This document shows positions 1 through 8,161 of a stretch of 64,000 nucleotides of DNA, in pieces. The position numbers were made by a program, and so were the translations under genes. The stretch's first letter is position 1; each line of letters starts with the position of its first letter. This DNA is from Candidatus Algichlamydia australiensis. GTDB lineage: Bacteria > Chlamydiota > Chlamydiia > Chlamydiales > JAJFMI01. A model generated the notes under the pieces. It was not told where the DNA came from. It saw nothing but the letters and a program-made list of their open reading frames with translations, and did not search any database. The DNA is taken from assembly GCA_033977065.1 (NCBI GenBank), contig JAXCHI010000004.1, positions 1-64,000 on the forward strand. The letters run 5' to 3'.

Positions 1-1
1 T

Positions 2-256
2 CATATGGCGCTTCTACAATTTGTCGTTGATCCTGAGTACCAAGCGAAGGGGGTGGGCACATCTCTGCTAAAAAACCTCATTCATTTGGCAAAAACGCGC
101 TTTCGGATTGAAAGCTTACATATAGATCTTCCTGAAAATGCCCCAGCAGTCAAATTAATCGAGAAGATGGGATTTCAAGCAACTGTAACGCAACCTGACT
201 TCTATTTTATTGAGGGAAAATACTACTCACGTCTTGTGATGGAGAAATTCTTATGA
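2..256 (+). CDS. GNAT N-acetyltransferase, 5'-truncated by the window edge
   Basis: Acetyl-CoA motif VDPEYQAKGVGTSL and N-x-P-A...KMGF; the frame is open from the window edge; paralog of the next gene. Confidence 0.8.
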   Translation, partial: HMALLQFVVDPEYQAKGVGTSLLKNLIHLAKTRFRIESLHIDLPENAPAVKLIEKMGFQATVTQPDFYFIEGKYYSRLVMEKFL

Positions 257-744
257 AGAGTGTGGAGATCCGCCCCTCTGTAGATGACGATGTCGCTTCA
301 CTTCGTGTCTGGATGCGCGAGCCGGGAATTTTGCGCTGGTTTCCTATGGTTAGAGAGGTTGAGGTGATGGACTCAATTCGCTATTGGCAGAGTTTTTTTT
401 CAATTGGATCTTCGCTAACAGCACTTGTTGAGGGCAAGCCTGCTGGGATGGCGTTGATCTACGTGCAACCTTTTCTCAAAACACGCCACCAAGCACTTTT
501 TGTGATCGTTGTGGGAGGAAAATGGCGTGGCAAAGGCGTGGGCACCAAGCTAGTGAAAGAGTTAATGCGACTTGGAAAAGAAAAATTTCACCTAAAATCG
601 ATGCACTTAGAAGTTTATGAAGATAACCCCGCGATACGTCTTTATGAACGGCTAGGGTTCAAAAAATTTGGACAGCAGGAGAGATTTTTAAAGGAACCTG
701 ATGGTTCTTATCGTATAAAAATTATGATGCAGAAGGATTTGTAA
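253..744 (+). CDS. GNAT N-acetyltransferase
   Basis: WRGKGVGTKL and VYEDNPAIRLYERLGF motifs; 4-nt overlap with the upstream gene. Confidence 0.88.
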   Translation: MKSVEIRPSVDDDVASLRVWMREPGILRWFPMVREVEVMDSIRYWQSFFSIGSSLTALVEGKPAGMALIYVQPFLKTRHQALFVIVVGGKWRGKGVGTKLVKELMRLGKEKFHLKSMHLEVYEDNPAIRLYERLGFKKFGQQERFLKEPDGSYRIKIMMQKDL

Positions 745-745
745 T

Positions 746-1450
746 ATGGCCGGTCATAGTAAATGGGCAAACATTAAGCACAAAAAAGAGCGAGCTGACG
801 CACGTAAAGGTAAAGTTTTCTCACGCGTTGTCAAAGAGATTATTAGTGCAGCCAAACAGGGCGGTCCAGATCCAAAGAGTAACAGCAAGCTGCGCCTTGC
901 TATTGAAAAAGCAAAAGCTGTCAATCTTCCCAGTGAAAATATCGAGCGTAATATTAAAAAGGCCTCTTCAGCAGACCAACAGGACTATTTTGAGATGACC
1001 TACGAACTTTATGGCCATGGAGGTGTAGGGATCATTGTAGATGTGATGACAGATAATAAAAATCGCATCGCCTCAGATATTCGCATTGCAACCAATAAAC
1101 GTGGCGGCACTATTGCCACCCCTGGCGCTGTAAGCTTTAATTTTGAGCGCAAAGGGGTCATTCATGTCGCTAAAAAAGAAGCCTCAGAAGATGCTCTTTT
1201 CCTTGCAGCATCAGATGCCGGAGCAGAGGATTTTGAAGTAGTGGAAGAGATCTATGTAATCACCACTCCGCCGGAACTTCTCTACAAAGTCAAAGATGCG
1301 ATTGATGTCCCTTGTGAAGAGGCGAGTTTGGAGATGGTGCCCAAATCTTTTGTCGAGGTTGATGAAGAGATGCGCGCCGCTAACCTTGCTTTGGTTGAGT
1401 GGCTAGATAGCATCGACGATGTCGATGCTATCTACCACAACATGCAATAG
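746..1450 (+). CDS. yebC: YebC/PmpR family protein
   Basis: MAGHSKWANIKHKK N-terminus, YELYGHGG, TDNKNR, DDVDAIYHN. Confidence 0.96.
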   Translation: MAGHSKWANIKHKKERADARKGKVFSRVVKEIISAAKQGGPDPKSNSKLRLAIEKAKAVNLPSENIERNIKKASSADQQDYFEMTYELYGHGGVGIIVDVMTDNKNRIASDIRIATNKRGGTIATPGAVSFNFERKGVIHVAKKEASEDALFLAASDAGAEDFEVVEEIYVITTPPELLYKVKDAIDVPCEEASLEMVPKSFVEVDEEMRAANLALVEWLDSIDDVDAIYHNMQ

Positions 1451-1458
1451 AGAAGTGG

Positions 1459-1580
1459 TGGTGGATTCACATCGCTGCGCCAAATCAAATTTCGGTCGTC
1501 GAGCAGTATGTAATACAGCATCGACGCCCAAAATCCGATTTTGCTTTGTGCTCTGAAGCCATTAGCGCGCAAGCGCGCTG
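1459..1580. repeat. Imperfect palindromic intergenic element plus a small GC hairpin
   Basis: tggattca...tgaagcca outer arms, cgtcga...tcgacg inner arms, gtat-gta-atac apex; agcgcgc-aa-gcgcgct at 1564-1579. Confidence 0.6.
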
Positions 1581-1624
1581 TTGATAAAAGCCTGATAGTG
1601 AATTGGTTGTGTTTGGTGATTTTG

Positions 1625-1650
1625 AACTCGGAAAAATTTGACTTCCGAGT
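1625..1650. repeat. 26-bp direct repeat, copy 1 (internal hairpin actcggaa-N9-ttccgagt)
   Basis: aactcggaaaaatttgacttccgagt is identical to 3061-3086. Confidence 0.9.
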
Positions 1651-1684
1651 GTTTCTGTGTTATTTTCTGAGTTGAGAGCGCCTT

Positions 1685-3040
1685 ATGATTGAAGAGTTTT
1701 TAAAGAAAATCGAGGGTAAATGTCTCGAATTTAAAGAGAACACAAGTAGCATGAAGCAAGTTTTAAAAACAATTGTTGCTTTTGCAAATACTTCAGGTGG
1801 AATCATTATTTTCGGGATTAAAGACAAAACTAAGGAGGTTGTAGGCCTAAAGAATCCACTTCTTGATGAAGAGAAAATTACAAATACTGTTTTTGATAGC
1901 ATAGCTCCTTTAATTATTCCGAATATCAGTATTTGTACATTTCGAAAGAGAGAGGTTCTTTTAGTAAAAGTTCCTCATCTTCCTGGTCCTTACTACCTTA
2001 AAAGTGAGGGTATAGAACATGGCTCATATGTACGGTTTGGTTCGACAAATAGAAAGTCCGATGCTGAGACTCTGCGCAATTTAAAATTACTTGCTGAAAG
2101 TAAATATTTTGATGAACTGCCTTTAACAAGCGGAGAGCTCGACCAGGAGTTAATAAAAAAAACATTTTCTGACTGTGGAAAAAAAATTAATCAACACCAT
2201 TTTGAAGATTTAGGTATATATACCACTCATTTTGGAGAAAAAGTCTCTTCAATAGGAGGAGGGCTGATTTTTGGAAAAAGACCCTTGCCTCTTTTTCCTG
2301 ACTCGATGATACGTTGCGCTTGCTTTCAAGGTAAAACAAAGGAAAAAATTCTTGATACACTCGATATAAAAATTCCCCTTATTTTATCCATAGATGAGAT
2401 CACCCGTTTTATCAAAAGAAATTCTTATAAAAAAATTTTAATAACCGCTAATAGAGGAGTAGAAGTTTTAGAGTATCCTGAGGAGGTAATTAGAGAGCTT
2501 GTGATTAATGCAATTGTTCACTCTGATTACTCTACAAAAGGATCACATATCCAAATTGCTATTTTTAGTGATCGTCTAGAAATTACAAGTCCTGGAGGAT
2601 TGCCCTTTGGGCAAACTATGGAAAAAGCCCTATCAGGTTATTCGCGCCTGAGGAATCGAGTTATTGGGCGTGTGTTTCGAGAGCTATCTTTGATAGAGCA
2701 GTGGGGGTCAGGATTGCAAAGGGTTTGCGAAGTTTGCAGAAAGATGGGATATAAGACTCCTCTTTTTGAAGAAAAGAGTAATCATTTTAGAGCTACAATT
2801 TTTTCGGAAAAAGAGGCTAAAATAGAGCTCTCTTCTGAAGAATCGATTATTGTAGATTATTTACTCAAAAACAGAAAAGTTAAAACTAAAGAGGCGGCTA
2901 AGCTTTGGAAAGTTGTTGAGCGCACAGCTAGTTCAAAGCTAACAAGCATGGTAAACAGGGGAATTTTGGTCCGAGTTGCAACGTCAAAGAAAGATCCCCT
3001 TGCGTACTATGCTTTAAATGAACAATTTGGTTTTGAGTGA
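1685..3040 (+). CDS. AlbA_2 (Schlafen-like) domain + HATPase_c_4-type domain + C-terminal HTH protein
   Basis: LEFKE...IVAFANTSGGIIIFG; YPEEVIRELVINAIVHSDY; IFSDRLEITSPGGLP; IEQWGSGL. Confidence 0.85.
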   Translation: MIEEFLKKIEGKCLEFKENTSSMKQVLKTIVAFANTSGGIIIFGIKDKTKEVVGLKNPLLDEEKITNTVFDSIAPLIIPNISICTFRKREVLLVKVPHLPGPYYLKSEGIEHGSYVRFGSTNRKSDAETLRNLKLLAESKYFDELPLTSGELDQELIKKTFSDCGKKINQHHFEDLGIYTTHFGEKVSSIGGGLIFGKRPLPLFPDSMIRCACFQGKTKEKILDTLDIKIPLILSIDEITRFIKRNSYKKILITANRGVEVLEYPEEVIRELVINAIVHSDYSTKGSHIQIAIFSDRLEITSPGGLPFGQTMEKALSGYSRLRNRVIGRVFRELSLIEQWGSGLQRVCEVCRKMGYKTPLFEEKSNHFRATIFSEKEAKIELSSEESIIVDYLLKNRKVKTKEAAKLWKVVERTASSKLTSMVNRGILVRVATSKKDPLAYYALNEQFGFE

Positions 3041-3060
3041 CTTAGAGTTTTTAATTTATC

Positions 3061-3086
3061 AACTCGGAAAAATTTGACTTCCGAGT
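3061..3086. repeat. 26-bp direct repeat, copy 2
   Basis: Identical to 1625-1650. Confidence 0.9.
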
Positions 3087-3179
3087 ATTTCCGAGTTGTT
3101 TTCTGTGTTTATGGTTAAATTTATTGATATTGAACACATAAACGGATTTTTCCAAAAATGAACAGGTAGCGATTGAATT

Positions 3180-3746
3180 ATGGAATTATCAGAAGAAATT
3201 TTTACTAGTTGGTGTAGGAACCTATCCAACTAAACATGCTTTTGCCTTTTTCCACATTTTTGGCTGGATTTTGAGCTATTTTTTCAAACAACTTAATTAA
3301 GTTGTTTTCAAAAAGATCCCAAAATCCTTCTCAAAACTGAGAAAAAATTTCAAAAGCAGCTTTAGTTGGATAGGTTCAGGAGCATATGTAATTTGTTTCT
3401 GAGCTGGTTTGCAGATGCGAAAAAGCAGGAACAGCAGTGGCACAAATTAGACCCCGACCTGGAATTAGTATGTGTCGTAATTGAAGAGTTTGTACAAGTT
3501 TGTGGGGATTTTTTTGAGTATGGAATTTTTATACAAAAAAAGGATCATCCTGCATTCCAATTACTAATTTCTTTAGAAAAAAAAGTTAGGGATTTTTATG
3601 CGTCTGAAAATATACTTTTGACAGACTCATTCGAAAAAATATCAGTAAATAAGAGTTGGATTGAGATTCAAAAACTGGCACAAAAAACAGAAAACGCTAT
3701 TAGAGAATATGTTTCATCAGCAAGATGCACTCAAAAAAATCTCTAA
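3180..3746 (+). pseudogene. Hypothetical ~134-aa protein interrupted by a palindromic element
   Basis: ATG at 3180 (MELSEEIFTSWCR) rejoins SICNLFLSWFAD... in frame when 3218-3379 is removed; the element adds a TAA at 3231-3233. Confidence 0.7.
3218..3377. mobile_element. 160-bp palindromic miniature element (family D)
   Basis: Perfect 17-bp terminal inverted repeat gaacctatccaactaaa / tttagttggataggttc; central palindrome aaacaacttaattaagttgttt; AG direct repeat on both sides. Confidence 0.85.
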
Positions 3747-3871
3747 ATAAATGGTTTTTTTCCTAAAATAGCAAGTTTTCCTGCAACAGCACCAATCACA
3801 ACGTTTCTCCGTAACACTTAAGAGAGCTCAACCTCTTGATAAAGAATTTAAATAAAAAATACTATGCAAGA

Positions 3872-6421
3872 ATGGAAGAGAGAAGACGCTTACAAGAAGA
3901 TAAAGAGAAAAAGGCATACTGGAAAAAGTGGGGGCCTTACCTTACGCAGCGGCAATGGGGCACAGTGCGTGAAGATTATAGTGAGGATGGTGATGCATGG
4001 AATTTTTTGCCTTTTGATAAGGCGAAAAAACAGTGTTACCGCTGGGGTGAAGATGGCATCGGAGGGATTTCCGATAATCATCAGCGTTTATGCTTCTGTT
4101 TTGCTTTCTGGAATGGTAAAGATGCAATTTTAAAAGAGCGGCTTTTTGGGCTCTCCAATCCGCAGGGCAATCACGGTGAAGATCTAAAGGAGTATTACTT
4201 TTTTCTCGACAATACGCCAACTCACAGCTTTATGCGCATGCTCTATAAGTACCCTCAAAGTGCCTTTCCTTATGAAGAGTTAATTGAAAAAAATTGTCAG
4301 CGTTCACAAGAGGAGCGCGAGTTTGAATTGATGGACACGGGAGTGTTTGATGAAGGGCGCTACTTTGATATTTTTTTGACTTATGCGAAAGCAGCAGATG
4401 ATGATTTAGTGGTTGAAATAGAAGTTTGCAATCGAGGAGAAGAGGCAGCAGAGATCCACCTCTATCCTACGCTTTTCTTTCGCAATACATGGAGTTTTCG
4501 CAATGGAGGGGCAAAACCCTCTATTGTGCAGGAGCGCGATTGTTTGGTGGCACGACATGAGACATTAGGAGAGTACTCTCTCGCTTTTCCCGAGGGAGGA
4601 AAGCTGCTTTTTACCGAAAATGAGATGGGGAAAAAAGATCTTTTTACTTGCGATAAGAGTGCAACAAGCGGAACAAAGGCGGCAGTTCACTATACATTTT
4701 CTATAGAGGGTAGAGGGAGTCAAAAATTGCATTTGCGTCTCTCTTCTAAGAGAGAAACCTTGGATGATGCAGAAAAAGTTCTTAGCTTAAGAAAAAAAGA
4801 GGCGGACGCGTTCTATCAAAAGATTATTCCTAAAAGTCTTGACGATGACCAGAAGCAAGTACAACGCGAAGCCTTAGCAGGGATGCTTTGGAACAAACAG
4901 TTTTATCACTATGTTGTAGAGGAGTGGCTTGAAGGGGATCCGCTTATTGCTCCTATCTCAGAGAAACGGAAAGAGGGACGCAATCACGACTGGCCGCATC
5001 TTTACAATGATGATATTCTCTCCGTGCCTGATAAGTGGGAGTATCCCGCCTTTTTCTCCTGGGATAGTGCTTTTCATGCCCTCCCCCTTGCCTTAGTAGA
5101 TCCTGAATTTGCGAAAAGACAACTCACACTGCTCACGCGTGAGTGGTATATGCATCCCAGTGGTCAGCTTCCTGCCTATGAGTGGAACTTTGACGATGTC
5201 AATCCTCCAGTACACGCATGGTCTGCGTGGCGGGTTTATAAAATTGAACAAAAACAGAGCGGAAAAGGAGACCCTCATTTTCTAGAGAGTATATTCCAAA
5301 AACTTCTTTTGAATTTTACTTGGTGGGTCAATCGCAAAGATTTAGGAGGAAAAAATATCTTTCAAGGAGGCTTTTTGGGCCTTGATAATATTAGTGTTTT
5401 TAATCGGAGTGAGCATCTGCCAGAAGGGGCTGCGCTCTATCAGTCTGATGCAACAAGCTGGATGGGAATGTACTGTTTGAACATGCTTACCATTGCATTA
5501 GAGCTTGCCCGAGAAAACTCTACCTACGAAGATATGGCAAGCAAATTTTACGAACACTTTCTCTATATTGCCGATGCAATTAATCATAAAGTAGGGGAGA
5601 CACACTCTATTTGGGATGAGGAGGATGGATTCTATTACGATGTTTTAACCCGGCCAGATGGAAGTAGTCAACATTTGAAGGTGCGCTCTCTTGTTGGGCT
5701 CATGCCCTTACTTGCTGTGACGACCCTCAAACCAGAAGTATTTGCGCATGCAAAAGGGTTTAACAAACGTATGGAGTGGTTTATTAGACATAGAGAAGAT
5801 CTATGTGAAAAGATTGCATGCATGCAGACGGAAGGTGAAAATGGTCGCCGTATTTTAAGCATCGTCACAGTTGAAAAGCTCAAACGCCTGCTTGCTGTTA
5901 TGCTGGATGAAGAGGAGTTTTTAAGTCCTTACGGTATCCGTTCGCTCTCAAAGTACCATGAGAAGCATCCCTATAGCCTAAAAATTGATGGTCATTGCCA
6001 CACAGTTGGGTATGAACCAGGCGCTTCCACAGGAAAGCTTTTTGGGGGCAATTCAAATTGGCGAGGCCCCATTTGGTATCCAATCAATATTTTGCTTATT
6101 GAGTCCTTGCAAAAGTATCACCACTACCTTGGGAATGACTTCAAAGTAGAATTTCCAACAAGGTCGGGTAACTGGCTTAATCTCTGGGAAGTAGCAGCAG
6201 AGCTCAGCAAGCGTCTTGTCTCTCTTTTTACGCGCGATGCCCACGGCAATCGCCCTGTTTTTGCTGAGCGAGAAATCTTTCAAAAAGATCCCCACTGGAA
6301 CCACATCCACTTTCACGAATACTTTCACGGCGATACAGGGCGCGGTTTAGGAGCTTCGCACCAAACAGGTTGGACAGGGCTTGTAGCCAAACTGATCCAA
6401 CAGCTCGGCCAATATTCCTGA
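3872..6421 (+). CDS. MGH1-like / GH63-type glucosidase
   Basis: WKKWGPYL..RQWGTVREDYS, PDKWEYP, GGNSNWRGPIW, GLGASHQTGWTG; ATG 3872 preferred to TTG 3836. Confidence 0.88.
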   Translation: MEERRRLQEDKEKKAYWKKWGPYLTQRQWGTVREDYSEDGDAWNFLPFDKAKKQCYRWGEDGIGGISDNHQRLCFCFAFWNGKDAILKERLFGLSNPQGNHGEDLKEYYFFLDNTPTHSFMRMLYKYPQSAFPYEELIEKNCQRSQEEREFELMDTGVFDEGRYFDIFLTYAKAADDDLVVEIEVCNRGEEAAEIHLYPTLFFRNTWSFRNGGAKPSIVQERDCLVARHETLGEYSLAFPEGGKLLFTENEMGKKDLFTCDKSATSGTKAAVHYTFSIEGRGSQKLHLRLSSKRETLDDAEKVLSLRKKEADAFYQKIIPKSLDDDQKQVQREALAGMLWNKQFYHYVVEEWLEGDPLIAPISEKRKEGRNHDWPHLYNDDILSVPDKWEYPAFFSWDSAFHALPLALVDPEFAKRQLTLLTREWYMHPSGQLPAYEWNFDDVNPPVHAWSAWRVYKIEQKQSGKGDPHFLESIFQKLLLNFTWWVNRKDLGGKNIFQGGFLGLDNISVFNRSEHLPEGAALYQSDATSWMGMYCLNMLTIALELARENSTYEDMASKFYEHFLYIADAINHKVGETHSIWDEEDGFYYDVLTRPDGSSQHLKVRSLVGLMPLLAVTTLKPEVFAHAKGFNKRMEWFIRHREDLCEKIACMQTEGENGRRILSIVTVEKLKRLLAVMLDEEEFLSPYGIRSLSKYHEKHPYSLKIDGHCHTVGYEPGASTGKLFGGNSNWRGPIWYPINILLIESLQKYHHYLGNDFKVEFPTRSGNWLNLWEVAAELSKRLVSLFTRDAHGNRPVFAEREIFQKDPHWNHIHFHEYFHGDTGRGLGASHQTGWTGLVAKLIQQLGQYS

Positions 6422-6426
6422 ATCTA

Positions 6427-6633
6427 TTATTGATTTGTATTTTTGCTATTGTTAGACGAGTCTTCTCTACTACTTCCGCTATCGTTTCGCTCCTCGGAAC
6501 TTTTGTTATCGTCTCCGCAATTTAATGTTCCATCGCCATTGATAATATTTACATCAATGTCAACATGAATAGACATAGGAAAAGCCATAGTAGGAAGAGA
6601 GAATAGTAGCATCAAAATCAGAAGGTGTTTCAT
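6427..6633 (-). CDS. Small secreted hypothetical protein (68 aa)
   Basis: Signal-peptide-like N-terminus, GGAGG RBS upstream, S/N/D-rich tail. Confidence 0.65.
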   Translation of the reverse strand: MKHLLILMLLFSLPTMAFPMSIHVDIDVNIINGDGTLNCGDDNKSSEERNDSGSSREDSSNNSKNTNQ

Positions 6634-6806
6634 TTTTTATTACCTCCAAAACCGACTGATGATCTATCCATTGTAATTGATGTTTTTGCCTCTTCTGGGG
6701 TATGCAGATTTACAGTGACTCGAACATGAAAAAACGAGAAAATCACGGCTCCAGTAAGTATCAAAAGCCAAGCTAATAGAATGGGGTTTTCTTTTAAGAT
6801 TTTCAT
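6630..6806 (-). CDS. Small membrane hypothetical protein (58 aa; not in the ORF track)
   Basis: MKILKENPILLAWLLILTGAVIFSFFHVRVTVNLH...GGNKK*; its stop overlaps the next start (ATGA). Confidence 0.55.
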   Translation of the reverse strand: MKILKENPILLAWLLILTGAVIFSFFHVRVTVNLHTPEEAKTSITMDRSSVGFGGNKK

Positions 6807-7006
6807 TTTATTTACCCTAATAGATCTTCTGCCTTGCCGATCAAGGGACGATTATATCAAAGCAATATTTTTTTGCATGCTTTTCAAAAAAAGTACTTGT
6901 TTGGTGCTTTCCTAAGTTTGGAAAATCAAGAAATTTAATTGAAATAAAAGATATAGAAAGTTAAATTTTATTCAGAATCAAGTGGATTTTTTGTTGGAGA
7001 GAAGAA

Positions 7007-8059
7007 ATGACAGTAGATACTGAGGATGAGGTAAGAGTTGTATTATCTAAAGAGTATAGCAAACTGTTCCAGGAGATAAAATAGAGGGTACAGCATTCAC
7101 AAATTCAAGCTGCAGTATCTGTAAATAGTGAACTGGTAAAGCTTTATTGGGAAATTGGGATCTTACTATCTGAAAAGCAAAAAAATGAAGGATGGGGAAC
7201 AAAGGTTACACATAGGTTATCGAACGACTTAGTAAGTGCTTTTCCAGATATGAAAGGGTTTTCTCATCGTAATCTAAAATATATGCTTAAATTTGCAAGG
7301 GCATACCCTGACAAGGCAATAGTGCAACAAGCTGTTGCACTATTGCCTTGGGGTCATAACATTTTAATAATGGAGAAGTTAAGGTCTTTTGAGGAAAGGA
7401 TTTGGTATATAAATAAAACTATTGAAAATGGGTGGAGCCGTAGTGTTCTTCGAGTTTGGATTGAGTCTGGTTTGCACAAACGGGAGGGGAAAGCGGTAAC
7501 AAATTTTAGCTCTACTCTTCCAGCTCCTCAATCAGATTTAGCGAATCAGACCTTGAAAGATCCTTATAATTTTGAGTTTCTCACTCTTACTTCTCACTTT
7601 AATGAGCGAGAATTAGAAGGGAATTTACTGGCCCATATCCAAAAGTTTTTAATTGAGCTGGGGTCTGGATTTGCATTTGTAGGAAGGCAATTTCATATCG
7701 AAGTGGGAGAAAAAGATTACTATATCGATCTTCTTTTTTACCATTTGAAGTTGCGCTGTTACTGCATTATTGATCTTAAAACAAAAGATTTCAAACCAGA
7801 AGATGCTGGGAAAATGAATTTTTATCTTTCTGCGGTTGATGACCTTATTCGCCACCCTGAAGACCGTCCCAGCATAGGAATGATTTTGTGTAAAAATAAA
7901 GACAATTTTACTGTTGAGTATGCTCTGCGTGACATGAATAAGCCAATAGGTGTATCCGGTTACGAAACACAAATTGTCGATTCTTTGCCAGACAACTTGA
8001 AAGGTTCCTTACCAACGATTGCTGATATTGAGCAAGAACTGCATATCAATAATCAGTAG
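7007..8059 (+). pseudogene. YhcG/DUF1016 PDDEXK nuclease-domain protein with an in-frame TAG at 7082-7084
   Basis: ATG 7007 is in frame with the 7250 ORF; IK*RVQHSQIQAAVSVNSELVKLYWEIG, KDPYNFEFL, LIELGSGFAFVGRQ, IDLLFYHLKLRCY. Confidence 0.82.
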
Positions 8060-8161
8060 TGCAACAAGTTATTCGACTGTTTGGGTTTGTTTTCCTTAGT
8101 AGTCTTGGTAAGTAGAAGAAAAAGGTGGAAACAGCCATAAATAGAAAAAGACTAACTTGTT

